Notes under the pieces: generated by a model
Database searches by the model: none
Seen by the model: only the letters and a program-made list of their open reading frames with translations
What the model was told of the DNA's origin: nothing
In this document: one piece after another, positions 50,506-63,450 of the stretch
Layout: every line of letters begins with the position of its first letter
How positions within the stretch are numbered: position 1 is the first letter of the stretch
Program-made: the position numbers and the translations under genes
DNA from: Bulinus truncatus
Taxonomy: Eukaryota
DNA: 64,000 nucleotides
Direction of reading: 5' to 3'
Assembly (NCBI GenBank): GCA_021962125.1
Contig: JAGDYQ010000002.1
Coordinates: forward strand, 21,050,893-21,114,892

Positions 50506-51308
50506 GAAAGGAGACTCTTTGGCTTGCAATATTAAATGGGATGGGTGGGTTGGTGTTTGTGGGTAGACAGAGTGGCCCCGATGATATAGTTTGTCAGGGG
50601 GGGGCCTGAACTTACCTGAGTGCGGTCCTGGTGCAGTTGTGTGTGTGTGTGTGTTTGTATTTAAACTATAGGGTCAGTATTGAAGGGCAGACAAGTACAC
50701 ATTTTCACGTGTGGAACATAAACACTCTGGGCAGGCTTGGTTTTTATTTTTGTAATCATTTTGGTTTTTTTTATGTGTCTCTCAATGACCTTGACATTGC
50801 AACGTAGACAGCTACCCATTAAGGGGGCGGGGGGGGGGGGTGGAGAACGCCTTTCCGTTCGACTGAAAGGAAAAAAAAAGAGATTTATTTTGGAACTTGA
50901 GTTAGAGACATTGGCTAATGGGGTCAAAGGTCAACGCAATGGCCGATAATACATTTTGATAAAAGAAATTATGGAGTTCTGTTTCACAAGTTACATTACA
51001 TCCCTTGTATGAATTAAAGTCTTTTGAATTCTTTGATTCGGTAGAATGCATTGGTTGTGACCCTAATATGCATACTGTAGTTTAAGGGTTCAAATCTCCA
51101 CGAGCCGAATCCCCCCATACCCATGTCTCCCGTGGTGCTTCCTATAGTAACTGCATACTCGACTATAGTAGAGATAAAATCAAACATTCCGATAATGGAA
51201 GGGAGGGTCAAATGTTTTAATGTAGAAAAAACCTATACAGTTGTGTTTCAGGATAGAACAAAATATATTTAAATATAATTATAATGCAAAATATAAAACT
51301 GCTTTCAT

Positions 51309-51354
<46 letters not shown>

Positions 51355-51356
<2 letters not shown>

Positions 51357-51533
51357 TCGATTCCGCTTAATTGGGACACATCGGGACCGAGGCTTTTTGT
51401 CCCAATTAAGCGGCTGTCCCAATTAAAAATACAAATTTACTATTGGCTTCTTGGTTTGGTTTCTTTGAGATTTGTCCCAAAAAAGCGGCAGTCCCAACTA
51501 AGCGGTGTCCCAATTAAGCGGAATCCACTGTAT
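51355..51533. mobile_element. Tc1/mariner-type MITE of about 180 bp with 26-bp terminal inverted repeats (cagtcgattccgcttaattgggacac ... gtgtcccaattaagcggaatccactg). It is inserted in a (TA)n tract that would give a TA target-site duplication, and it lies in the VMAT intron between exons 5 and 6.
   Basis: TIRs are seen directly. An internal second copy of gtcccaattaagcgg is present. There is no coding capacity. Confidence 0.7.
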
Positions 51534-51640
51534 ATATATAAATATAATATATACAGATATATATCGCTATATAAAACGTGCACATTAAAAGTTAGAGTAT
51601 TTGTATTATTTTGTCAGTAGAATGTTCCACTTCAACTTAC

Positions 51641-51733
51641 CTAGAACCCCCAACGCCAAGCCTCCAAGAGCTATGCCCATGGCGTTGCCCCTCTCCTTAT
51701 CGTCCGGATAATACGTGGCTATCATGCCCATCC
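51641..51733 (-). CDS. VMAT: VMAT-like exon 5 ([30 protein letters not shown]).
   Basis: Acceptor tttccag and donor gtaagt. It matches [34 protein letters not shown]. Confidence 0.8.
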
Positions 51734-51759
51734 CTGGAAATACATAAAAAGGAAATCAC

Positions 51760-52235
51760 AGTCGAGTCAGCAAATAGGTAACGGTCGAGTTCACCAATAA
51801 ATAACAGTCGAGTCAGCAAATAAGTAACGGTCAAGTTAACCAATAAATAACAGTCGAGTCAGCAAATAAGTAACGGTCGAGTTAACCAATAGATAACAGT
51901 CGAGTCAGCAAATAGGCAACGGTCAAGTTAACCAATAAATAACAGTCGAGTCAGCAAATAAGTAACGGTCGAGTTAACCAATAGATAACAGTCGAGTCAG
52001 CAAATAGGCAACGGTCGAGTTAACCAATAAATAACAGTCGAGTCGACAAATAGGTAACGGTCGAGTTCACCAATAAATAACAGTCGAGTCGACAAATAGG
52101 TAACGGTCGAGTTAACCAATAAATAACAGTCGAGTCAGCAAATAAGTAACGGTCAAGTTAACCAATATATAACAGTCGAGTCAGCAAATAGGCAACGGTC
52201 GAGTTAACCAATAAATAACAGTCGAGTAATAAAGA
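51760..52235. repeat. Minisatellite of roughly 60-bp units (aataggtaacggtcgagttaaccaataaataacagtcgagtcagcaa), about 8 copies, in the VMAT intron between exons 4 and 5.
   Basis: Direct tandem copies. Confidence 0.9.
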
Positions 52236-52730
52236 AAGAATTAAAAAAAAAAATCAGCGCCACAAGCTGAGCATCCGTTTTAACGTTTTTTTCCGAGTAT
52301 TGGTTTTCAAATTTCTGCACAATAACTTTATGTAAACAGTTTTTTTGTTTTCTTCTAAATTTACTGATCACGATTTCTGTTGCACTGTTGAATTATATTC
52401 GTTGCATAATTTCCAACACAGGGCCAATAACTGGAATTAAATATTACTTGGCTACCATCTTGGATTGACTCATCCATGCGGATAGGTCAAAAAGTTACAC
52501 ACCCCTTCTTTTTTTTTTCGCAACACCAGACACCTGACCAGTGCTCGATTTAAGAAAAAAAAAACAGTGCCGGGGAGGAAAAAAAAGTCTGCAGAGCCGG
52601 GGATAAATGTCTATGGTTTCATCCCCGGCAGGGATATATTAGCGAAAGCAAAGCTGGGGATGACAGTTGTCAGTGCCATGGATATCCGCGGCGGTAAATC
52701 GAGCCCTGCACATGACCAGCAACCACCTAC

Positions 52731-52814
52731 CTGCAACACTGGAACAGGATGACCCGATACCTTGTACAGTCCGGGCAACGAACAAGACAACGTAGGTTTC
52801 ACCAAAGGCAAATA
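52731..52814 (-). CDS. VMAT: VMAT-like exon 4 ([29 protein letters not shown]).
   Basis: Acceptor ttttacag and donor gtaggt. It matches VMAT [29 protein letters not shown]. Confidence 0.8.
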
Positions 52815-52919
52815 CTGTAAAACAATTATAAAAGGAATAAAAACAAAATAGAATGTAAACATGAAATAAACCTTTACAAAAACCTGTATAGGAATAATAA
52901 TAAAGGAGTTATTTAAATG

Positions 52920-52971
<52 letters not shown>

Positions 52972-53174
52972 TATATATTTCTTGAATAAATGAGTACTAA
53001 AGAATGGGATGTTTATCTCTGTTATCTTATTAAACACTAATGGGACGGTTTTTACAGTGCCATTTCTTTCATTCCCACCAGTCATTAGTGCAATGGCCTT
53101 GAAGGCGCCACGGGACCAATACATCTCCCAAATATACAGTGTGTAAGGTACACCGTCAAAGTTTAGTAGTTAAA

Positions 53175-53365
53175 TGATTTGCTGGCAACAGGCCCGAAGC
53201 GTGCGTGGGGGGGGGGCTGGGGGGCGGGCCCCTACTGCGTTTTGTCTGGGTCCCCTCTGCTTGTTTGCTCTACTTAGTAACATTTATTTCCTGGCCCCCC
53301 TCCTGCTATTGGCTTGGCACCTGCTGTATAATTTTCACGCTACGGGGCTACACGGGAGACATACA
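53175..53365. mobile_element. Interspersed repeat family C, copy 3, in the VMAT intron between exons 3 and 4.
   Basis: Near-identical to copy 1 across gcccgaagcgtgcgtgggggg...ctgctgtataattttcacgctacgggg. Confidence 0.65.
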
Positions 53366-53689
53366 CGGCTGATTGGATACGCCCCGTGAGTTGGACACGT
53401 AACTCACGGCATGCACATCCCGCTCACGTCCAAAACGTTTATCTAGCCATACACACACAACAATGGATTGATTATTAACAACGAAATAAAAAATTTGTTG
53501 TAACACAAAGTTAACCGAAAATGTACAATTAAAAATATAAATAATTTAACTTGAACAAACGAAAACTACAAAAACAACGTGACAACGTGTACTTTGTATT
53601 GTACATCTCTATTATTCTTTTTTTTTAATTTTTTTATTAAAACTTTCAACTGTTGAAGATTTGATGTTGATTTACTTACTGATAGTCGA

Positions 53690-53748
53690 TACCATCATTA
53701 TGAAGAATCCAGTAAACATGGGTATCGTGTATCCGACTCTGAAAAACG
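53690..53748 (-). CDS. VMAT: VMAT-like exon 3 (RVGYTIPMFTGFFIMMVSTI).
   Basis: Acceptor ttttcag and donor gtaagt. It matches the VMAT segment IGYPIPIFAGFCIMFVSTI. Phase is consistent. Confidence 0.8.
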
Positions 53749-53864
53749 TAAACAAAACCGCCATGACAGTTTTTGATTTAAATATTTATTAATAAGAATT
53801 ATGCACCCACGCACGCACTCACACACACACACACACACAAACAAACACATATACACTCTCTCAC

Positions 53865-54030
53865 ACAGTGCCGTAGCGAGCTTTACTCGCGCCCGGGGCA
53901 CAATACCTTTTTAGCGCCGCCTCCCCTCATGCGAAAATCATATAATATTATATGTTAAATATACCATTTGGCGCCCCTTTGTGAGTAGCGCCCGGGGCAT
54001 GATGCACCCCCTTGCTCACCCCTTGCTACG
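53865..54030. mobile_element. Palindromic repeat family B, copy 3, in the VMAT intron between exons 2 and 3.
   Basis: Homologous to 3615-3830 and 28655-28835. Confidence 0.65.
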
Positions 54031-54865
54031 TCTCTGCTCTCATACACACATGCGCACACACACTCGCAGACATACATACACACACACACACACACTCGCA
54101 AACATCTCTATATTTATAAAATTGAAAGATATAAAGATCTGTACTTCAATTTAGGAGTATCATACTCATGTCCTACATACCTACGAATAGTACACAAATA
54201 TACACGCATGAAATATAAACCGAAACAATCTTCAAATTATCCGAACTTAAGTTATCCGGCCTAACTCTGTCAATGTCTTCTAACAAACATGATACATCAG
54301 ACTCTACGAGGACAACATTTTTGCGGTGCTCGGTTTTTTCCTAAACTTTATGTACCAGACAGAACGACTGACGCATTTAAGCTTATGGCCTGACAAACAG
54401 TTCATTGAATCAACAGCGTTTTTTTTTTCAAGCATCTTGTTTGAAAAGTTTTTAATATAATTTTTAACTTATCATATTTAAGACAATTTTTTTATTTCTC
54501 TGTTAATTTAATTGATAACTCTAAGACTCGTGTTTACATTCTCTGTTGCTATTAATTATTTTTGTCTCCTTTTGTTTATCCTAGAATTAGCGTGATGTTT
54601 GAATTGACCAATTACGGCAGTGGTCCCCCCCCCAAACATTAGATAAATGATAGCGGTATTCTAATTTTTTTTATATAGGATAAATTACACTTACTATAAA
54701 TAGCCATATCATTGTAATCTATTGGAAACAATTAATGATAGAACATAATTGATCATTGAGAAGAAGTTCGATAGCATCAAATTGCGCGGTGAGATTTATT
54801 ATTTTTTTCATCATTCTATAAAAGTGCACCACAGATGAGGTGAGTAATGTCCCTTGGTAACTCAC

Positions 54866-55280
54866 CTGTTTGTTATGGGCCCTATGAACGGGTTGGCTAT
54901 CAGCTGCATGATGGCCTTGGACGCGAACATAAACCCCACCTCGATGTTCTCTGCATCCAGGTCCGCCCTCCTCGGGGATCTCTCGGTCACCGTGACGTAC
55001 ACCGCGGACAGGTTATGCCACACCGTCTCGTTGTGGCAGACCTCCCGCACCTCCCTCCGCCCGTAGGCCTGGGAGTAGTACCTCGGGGAGTCCTTGATCC
55101 TGGACAGCACGTACCCGGCGGGGCCCTGGAGAGTGGAGACGTTGAGCCCTGAAGAGACGGACACGTTGCGGCAGCGGAGCTCCAGGCCCGGCGTCTCGGT
55201 GATCCCCAGCTCCATCTTGGTCCGGTTCATGGCGACGTAAGGGTTCTCAAGTTTGCGAAGGAAGTTGGGGACGATGGGAA
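54866..55280 (-). CDS. VMAT: VMAT-like exon 2. It encodes the large glycosylated lumenal loop and TM2 (..[28 protein letters not shown]).
   Basis: Acceptor is cccttag|TT and donor is AG|gtgagt. The motif FASKAxxQLxxNPFIGxxTNR is diagnostic for SLC18. N-glycosylation sites (NRT, NVS, NET) sit in the loop. A long minus ORF covers the exon. Confidence 0.85.
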
Positions 55281-56009
55281 CTAAGGGAGAGAAGAGACGC
55301 AACATGGTTCAACACTTGGGATTCGTTTATGGAGAAATACATTTTTTTCAAGCACAAAAAAAAAATGACATCGGTAAAACTCAGTGAGAAAAAATAGATA
55401 TTCTTAAATTGATGAATGGCCAAACTACTATTTAAACGATAACTTCAGAATTCAGACTTTCAGAATGTCGATTATTTTTAGCCGATGAATACATTTTATT
55501 ACATTTTGAAATAAATGACCTGAAACAGATTCAGATAAGCAGTCCTTAGGAAAACAATACGCTGTAAATCTAAAAACAACGCAACACCGCAGACACCACA
55601 CTTGCACCCAGAGGCCAAGTAGCAAGTTTTGATAACAGAACTTATTATTTTGTGTATAAATCTAAAAAAAAACAAACAAACAAAACATTGCGATCAGTGG
55701 CAGGCCTTGATCTATCAGGCGCCATGTAACGTAAGTTGAAACCTGCCAATAAGGCTTTAGTTGCGTCTCAAAAAGAAGCTATGTCTGAAATTCTTTTAAA
55801 AAACAACGACAAATAAAATGGCTATCAAAGTCTCCGTCTGGCGTTGAAACAGATGGCGCTATTCCCTTACTTTCTCTAACAAAAATTCAGAGAGATGTTT
55901 ACTTTCAAGAAATTGAATGTAAGGAAAAAAAATGACTTATACAAACTCGTGCAAAGTGTTTCATTTGATGGGAACTATTCTGGTCTTCATCAATTAGTTA
56001 GACATCAGT

Positions 56010-57360
56010 AATTGTGACTCCTACATACCTACACAACACTGAGTCAGACCCCATTGTGACTCTTACATACATACATAACACTGAGTCAGACGTCATTGTG
56101 ACTCCTACATGCCTACATAACACTGAGTCAGACCTCATTGTGACTCCTACATACCTACATAGCACTGTCAGACCTCACTGTGACTCCTACATAACACTGA
56201 GTCAAGCCCATTGTGACTCCTACATAACACTGAGTCAGACGTCACTGTGACTCCTACATACCTTCATAACACTGTCAGACTTCATTATGACTTCTACATA
56301 ACACTGAGTCAGACATCACTGTGACTCCTACATACTATATAACACTGAGTCAGACTTCATTGTGACTCCTACATAACACTGAGTCGGACCTTATTGTGAC
56401 TTCTACATAACTACATAAGACTGTCAGACTTCATTGTGACTCCTACATACCTACATAGCACTGTATGACCTCACTGTGACTCCTACATAACACTGAGTCA
56501 GACCCCATTGTGACTCCTACATAACACTGAGTCAGACATCACTGTGACTGCTACATACTACACAACACTGAGTCAGACGTCATTGTGACTCCTACATACC
56601 TACATAACACTGAGTCAGACCTCATTGTGACTCCTACAAACCTACATAGCACTGTCAGACCTCACTGTGACTCCTACATAACACTGAGTCAGACCCCATT
56701 GTGACTCCTACATAACACTGAGTCAGACATCACTGTGACTCCTATATACTACACAACACTGAGTCAGACTTCATTGTGACTCCTACATACCTACATAGCA
56801 CTGTAAAACCTCACTGTGACTCCTACATAACACTGAGTCAGATTTCATTGTGACTCTTACATACCTACATAACACTGAGTCAGACTTCATTGTGACTTCT
56901 ACATAACACTGAGTCAGACATCACTGTGACTCCTACATACTACATAACACTGAGTCAGACCTCATTGTGACTCATACATAACTACATAAGACTGTCAGAC
57001 ATCATTGTGACTCCTACATAACACTGAGTCCGACGTCACTGTGACTCCTACATACCTAAATAGCACTGTCAGACCTCACTGTGACTCCTACATAACACTG
57101 AGTCAGACCCCATTGTGACTCCTGCATACCTACTTAACACCGAGTCAGAACTCATTGTGACTTTTACATACCTACATAACTCTGAGTCAAACCTCATTGT
57201 GACTCCTTCATACCTACATAACACTGTCAGACCTCACTGTGACTCCTACATACCTACATAACACTGTCAGACTTCATTGTGTCTCCTACATAACACTGAG
57301 TCCGACCTCGCTGTGACTCCTACATAACACTGAGTCAGACCTCCATGTGACTCCTACATA
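56010..57360. repeat. Large 1.35 kb minisatellite of about 40 copies of a roughly 33-bp unit (ctacataacactgagtcagacctcattgtgactc), filling most of VMAT intron 1 and ending 2 bp from the exon 1 donor.
   Basis: Direct tandem copies. Confidence 0.9.
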
Positions 57361-57361
57361 C

Positions 57362-57476
57362 CTACGACTGTCAGCAACATGTTGTCCAGGAATAGGGCCA
57401 CAAATACGATGACCAGAACCAACTTCCGCGATCGCCGGAACTTCTGCAGAAGGTCATAGGGTCTGCATGACGACAT
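57362..57476 (-). CDS. VMAT: VMAT-like (SLC18 vesicular monoamine transporter) exon 1. The ATG is at 57476 and the exon encodes MSSCRPYDLLQKFRRSRKLVLVIVFVALFLDNMLLTVV.
   Basis: The N-terminus and TM1 match the vertebrate VMAT motif RRSRKL..FIVFLALLLDNMLLTVV. The donor is gtatgt immediately after the partial codon G. Phase is consistent with exon 2. Confidence 0.8.
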
Positions 57477-57919
57477 GGTTTTGTGACGTCACTAACTACT
57501 GCGTTCGGGCAAATGGAATTGGAAGGTAAAAGGTTGAAGGACAACAACTGCTGTTGTTGTTTTCACCAAAAATTTCAAATTCTGCCAATAAAAAAAAAAG
57601 TAAAAAAGAAACACGATGTTAGAATTTTCTTAGAAAACTGTGCTATAACATTCTACGTTTTATATTTTTTCATGCAATTGTATTCATATACCCCCCCCCC
57701 CCTTACATATACATATAATAACGGATATAGCTATTTATTCTTTTCTTGATGGAATGAAGTAAATTAAAATGTTTGCTACACTACTTTTTTAGAGATGGAA
57801 CCTTATGTACTAGGTACTTTTCATGAGGTGAGCTTTTGATAGTTGGTACATAGTTTAGAATGTTCTTTTGTTTACTGGGTCGACCAATTATAAAATGGTT
57901 CTTTGGCATATGATCATCA

Positions 57920-58205
57920 ATGATTTTGTCAGATGGTCATCCATGTTTTTGTCAGATGGTCATCAATGATTTTGTCAGATGGTCATCAATATATTTGACA
58001 GAGGTCATCAATGATTTTGTCAGATGGTCATCATTGTATTTGTCAGATGATCATCAATGTTTTGTCAGATGGTCATCAATGATTTTGTCAGATGGTCATC
58101 AATGATTTTGTGAGATGGTCATCAATGATTTTGTGAGATGGTCATCAATGATTTTGTCAGATGGTCATCAATGATTTTGTCAGATGGTCATCAATGATTT
58201 TGTCA
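57920..58205. repeat. Tandem repeat of 22-bp units (gtcatcaatgattttgtcagatg), about 13 copies, roughly 450 bp upstream of the VMAT ATG.
   Basis: Direct tandem copies. Confidence 0.9.
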
Positions 58206-59689
58206 GATGGTCATTTCTAAAGAAGGTATATTTGTTAGTAGTTTTTTCCTCAAGATATTTAGGTACGATATTCATTTCACCCCCCCTCCCCTTTTATTAT
58301 TAGTATTACAGTGAGTTAGCTGCGAAAGTACTTAATAAAACCAAAAATCACACTTTTGTTAATTTTAAAATACATGGGAATAGACTACAAGTCAATGAAC
58401 AACAGACATATATAGACTACAGGTCCATTGACGTTATACCCATATATTACAGGTCCATTGAAAATAGATATGTAGACTACAGGTTAATTGACAACGGGAA
58501 ATTTCCACTTACATTGGGCCTACAATTATATTTCTGTGGGAAATCAAATTTTTTCAATGCTTCAGTGCACAACAATGACTGACAATAAGGACCAAACTAA
58601 CAAACAAACAAACAAACTAAATACAAAATGGAATACATAAAATATGATTATTATTTCCGAACATGTATGATTATTATTAAACTAATCCAAATAGACTTAA
58701 AAATGTCACTTCTTTTGATATCCCTCTGCCTGGCCGTCCAATAACTAATACGTTCCGACCGTGACGTCATCGGTAAACACCTCTTAAATACCCCCCCCCC
58801 CACTCCCCTTTCCCATCCCCCCTTTTCTTCCCTTTTACAGGACCGCCGACATTCTTTCACGTTTTATTTACATCCCAGAATAGAATCGATACCCAACGGT
58901 TTTGTTTTATTGACTCGAGGCGAATCAGAGGCGGACCAATGAAACAATCTTTCACTGCAATCATCTCTGAGAAATAGAGATTACAGTGCGAGGATTTTGT
59001 TCCCGCCTTTTTTTTTAACATTTCGCCTTTCACCCCTTATAGATAGGCAAACTAGGCGACTGCCAAGGGTGCCAATTCACAAGACTCCCCCCCCCCCCAC
59101 TATCAGCAACAAGTTCTATATAATCTGCTGCCTTTACATATATCCTCCCCATCTCAATATCTCAAGGTATATGCCTAGGGCCCGTCAGAGCCTATGAATG
59201 GCCCTTTCCTCTCACACACACGGACAGTTCTTTCTGTTTGACTCATGTTTTCGATATTTTGACATTGTCTATATAATAAAATGTCTGTAAGAATGGAGTT
59301 CTGGGCAATGGCAGTTTCAGAAACAAGCAGAGTTGCTGGTGTTTCGTTTGTATGTGTGTGAAATTATGAGTCTGTGTGTGCGTGCGTGCGTGTGTTGTGT
59401 CTTTATGTGTGTGTATAAGTTATGACTCGGACGTTTTAATTTAAAGCTCAGTTCCCTGGGATAAGTGGGATCAAAGATCAGAGTTGATTTTTTTTTTTAT
59501 ATTCCTGACAAAGAGATTGTCTGAACATGACTTTCTCTGACATTGAAGAGTTCTTCTGGAAAGAGCTGTGCGACATCTCTTCAACCCTGTCAAAAACACA
59601 GAAGTGGGGGTCAGAATATTTTTCTCCCACACTTGGGTAGAAGCACTTAGTAAAATGTCAACATTCTCTTGTACATGAGCGTGTGAGTG

Positions 59690-59860
59690 CCAAAAGCATA
59701 CCGTAGGTGAGTAAAATACAAACCATAGATGAGTAAAATAAAAAATGAGCTGACACATCATAGGTGAGTAAAATACATACCATAGGTGAGTAAAATACAA
59801 ACCATAGGTGAGTAAAATACGTACCATAGGTGAGTAAAATACAAAATGAGCTGAAACGTT
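59690..59860. repeat. Tandem repeat of 23-bp units (ccataggtgagtaaaatacaaa), 7 copies.
   Basis: Direct tandem copies. Confidence 0.85.
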
Positions 59861-59924
59861 TGGCCAACCCACGACTGTCTTAACCAATAAGCAGTAGGTA
59901 TAAATGGTACTCAGGTTGTGGGGT

Positions 59925-60055
59925 CGCATAGGGCGCGGTACTAGGAAGGGGTGCTGTACCAGGAAGGGGTGCTGTACCAGGAAGGGGCGCTGTACCAGGA
60001 AGTGGCGCTGTACCAGGATGGGGCGCTGTACCAGGAAGGGGCGCTGTACTAGGAA
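59925..60055. repeat. Tandem repeat of 18-bp units (caggaaggggcgctgtac), 7 copies.
   Basis: Direct tandem copies. Confidence 0.85.
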
Positions 60056-60289
60056 GAATTACTGCAAGAGTGCTGTTAAATGTTTAAGCACTTTTATAAT
60101 ATGGCCATAATTTAAATAAATCAAAATATACGTTACACTATATTTAATTTTATGAAATTAAAAAATGATCCTTAATAATGTGTTTGGAGGCCTAAGGGAA
60201 AATTATATTACAAAACTAGTTGCAAGTACCCGGCTTTGCCCGGGTTTAAAATAAGGTTTTCTGTTTACCTTCTGTTTTCTCCCTACCCC

Positions 60290-60860
60290 CTCTTTCGCTT
60301 CATCTCTCTCTCTCTCCCTCCCTCCCCCTCTCTCCCTTTCCCTCCCTCCCTCTCCCTCCCTCTCCCTCCCTCTCTCCCATCTCCCTCTCTCCCCTCTCCC
60401 CCTCCTTCTCTCCCACCATCCATCCTCCCTCCCTCCTCCTTCCCTCTCTCTCCCTCCCTGCCCCCTCTTTCTCTTTATCTCTTCCTCCCATTTCTTCCAT
60501 CGTCCCCCTCTCTCCTTCCCTCCCCTCTCTCCCTCCCTAACCCCTCTCTCCCTCCTTTCTCCCTCCCTCCCCTTTCCATCTCTCTCTCCCTCCCCCTCTC
60601 TCCCCCTTCCTCCCTCCCTCATTTCCTCTCTCTCCATCCCTGCCCCCCTCACTCTTTATCTCTCTCTCCCTCTCTCCCATCTCCCTCTCCCCCTGCTCCC
60701 TCTCCCATCTCCCTCCTTTTCTCCCCCCTGTCCATCCCCCTCCCTCCTCTCTCTCCCTCCCTCCCTCCCTCCTACCATCCTTTCCTCTCTCTCCTCCTGC
60801 CCCCTCTCTCTCTTTCTCTTTCTTTATCTCTCTCCCTCCCCCCTCTCTCTCTCTATATAT
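60290..60860. repeat. Low-complexity polypyrimidine (CT-rich) tract of about 570 bp that is strand-asymmetric (ctccctccctctc..), ending in (ct)n(ta)n.
   Basis: Seen directly. It explains the P/S/L-rich + ORF at 60236-60934 and the R/E/G-rich minus ORFs. Confidence 0.9.
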
Positions 60861-60875
60861 ATATATTTATCTATA

Positions 60876-61150
60876 CCTATAAGAGACATTTGCTGTCTGT
60901 CTGTCTGTTCCCTTATAACTCAAGATCCAGATAACCAAATAATGTGAATGTGAGATTACTTTAATATAGTAAAATACTAAAATAAAAAAAAATTAATTAC
61001 AATTAAACTACCCATCAAGATGAAACGAAACCTGTCCTATAACCTTCCCCATGTAATTATGTGTATGTGTAACAAATTTCACATTATTTGGTTATCTGGA
61101 TCTTGAGTTATAAGGGAACAGACAGACAGACAGACAGACAACAAATGCCT
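60876..61150. mobile_element. Hairpin or foldback element with roughly 75-bp inverted arms (tataagagacatttgctgtctgtctgtctgttcccttataactcaagatccagataaccaaataatgtg and its reverse complement) around a 125-bp AT-rich loop.
   Basis: Arms at 60876-60945 and 61071-61150 are near-perfect reverse complements and each contains a (ctgt)n stretch. Confidence 0.65.
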
Positions 61151-63094
61151 CTTATAAGTATAGAGATACTCTGTCAAGGCCACTAATTGGAAATCTTAGG
61201 CCCAGTGTAATATGTAAACACAACTCTCCTCTTTATTCTAACAGTTAAGTTATGCAAGTAATGTTTGTTAACGGAAAAACTAAAGTATAAATAGAGGCAC
61301 CCCCCCTTGGGAGAGGGGGGCCCTAGGTACTAACATCTATTACATTTAAAAAGGGGGATAACTACCATTTTCGTTAACTCTTTTTTTTTAAATTGCTTCC
61401 CCTTTCTTGACCCATAACCCCTCTGACGATTAGTTTCCAGAAGGGGTAACTCTTTGTCCGATTGATTAAACAATAATTTTTTTTTCTGTTGTTGTTGTAT
61501 TGACTATCGATTTCACCATTTTTCTTCCGCACTTTTAACCTTTCAAAGTTGAAAGTCGAGACATAAAAACTTGACCTCGGAACAAATCTAAATTTTTCCA
61601 TTTCTCTTATCGAAACCAAAATTCATTGTTGGGCGGTTTACACATTTTATAAAAAGAAAAAAAAAAACTCGCGCCATTTCGACACGACCGTGTTCAGGAG
61701 AAAACTAGTTCCGGCCCGACTTCTTATTCAGTAATTTTGCTGGAGGATGAATACAGTCAATCAAGACCCTTTCCGTTAGAGGAGAAGTCGTCTGCATCAA
61801 TGGCTGTCAACTCCACGTCTGCCACAGGGAAAGATCTTATTTTAGGTATTTTTATTTTTATTTCAAACTGTTTATTCTGTTGGTAAAGACCTCCCGTTTC
61901 ACATTCATGCAGAGTTTGAATTCTCTTTCTCCCATAACAAAATCAGTTTCAGTAATGCGTAGGTGTTAAATAAGCAGTGCCGAACCTAGGGATTTGGGGG
62001 CCAGGGGGGGGCTTGGCCTCTTTGAGGGCCCCTGCATTTTGACATTCGACACCATGACATGTGATAATGTACTTAATATTTAAAGTAAAAAAATGTTTTT
62101 GGGGGCCCCCTCAAGCTGGGGCCCGGGAGGACTTTAGAATTCGCACCCCTCCTCACACCATAGGTATGCCTCTGTAAATAAGACACAGTTGTTGTCTTCT
62201 GTTCTATTATCTATCTGTCAGTACCGATGAATAAGCCTATCAGTAAACATATCTACATATCACATCAATGTGAGTCAATATATCATCTATCTCTCAGTCT
62301 ATCTGTTCAAAGACATTCTAAAATTTATAATCGATCCATTCATTATCTATTTTTCCCAAAATTGATTATCGATGATCTGTCCATTTATCAATCGACCGTT
62401 TTCCAATAACATTACATATATCCATCTCAGCCGAAAGTCTATCAATCAATCATTCTATTTATATAACCATCTACCGATCGATCTGCGCATACATCTAACT
62501 TTATTAGGGCTGTACCGGAATCCGATTCCGGTTCCTGTTAAGACGAATTCCGGCAGTTTTAACAAATCCGGTTCCGATTCCGGTTAAAATGTGCCGGATT
62601 TAAGCCGGATTTCTTTGTTGTTTGAAATTTGTAAGACATTTTTTTAACGCAACATAATTTTGAAATATTTAGCGCTATACAATTAAATTAAAACAATAAC
62701 TTCCTTTGATTTTAAAACTACAATAACGTCGATCGCTTTTAGTTCTTATGTAAGTACAAATATATTAAAAAAGCTCTTTCGATGTCAAGTTGTAGCTCTT
62801 TCGATGTCAAATTGCGGCCTGATCGAAATCCGTAATATTGAAACAACAAATTTAGTGGCTGTTTAAAAATTGAGAAAATTGTAAATTATAACTTTAGGCT
62901 CTTCCGTCTCAAAAGGTTGCCGGCCCTGATCTAGTAATACGACACCTTATCTTCCGCTACTTTTGATTCCGTGTTTTCTATAAACTATATTTAGCTATCA
63001 AAGTTTAACTTTTTTTAAAGAGCAGACAACGATCTATTTTTGGGTGTTTACAGTTTTAAAAAAGTTCAATAATTTATTTTTCTGCAGATTTTTG

Positions 63095-63104
63095 TCCTCG
63101 TTTT

Positions 63105-63135
<31 letters not shown>

Positions 63136-63450
63136 ATCACCCTAGATCTCAACAACCATAAGTCCTAGACCCATGATGTATATATCATTTTGTAGGTCTT
63201 GGCCTGCCAAGAAATGCCTTTGGTCCTTTTCGCGATCTGACCTCTGAGGGCCGAAAAAGGAGGCGTTTTAAGTACCGTTTTTTACTATATAAGCTATATT
63301 AATAAAGGAGCGCCCTATATCTCAGCAACCATAAGTCCTAGACTCATGATGTATATATCATTTTGTAGGTCTTGGCCTGCCAAGTGTACATCAAAAGTCC
63401 ATTTCGCGATCTGACCTCTGAGGGCCAAAAAAGGGGGCGTTTTAAGTACC
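63095..63450 (+). mobile_element. Interspersed repeat family A, copy 3, partial (the 5' half only).
   Basis: Homologous to the 5' 350 bp of the copies at 9805-10650 and 38135-38975, including (gtct)n and the duplicated 65-bp segment. Confidence 0.7.

Noticed and set aside
60203-60934. A 232-aa P/S/L-rich plus ORF and a 149-aa R/E/G-rich minus ORF.
   Set aside because: Both arise from the 570-bp polypyrimidine/polypurine low-complexity tract, with no codon structure and no homology signal.
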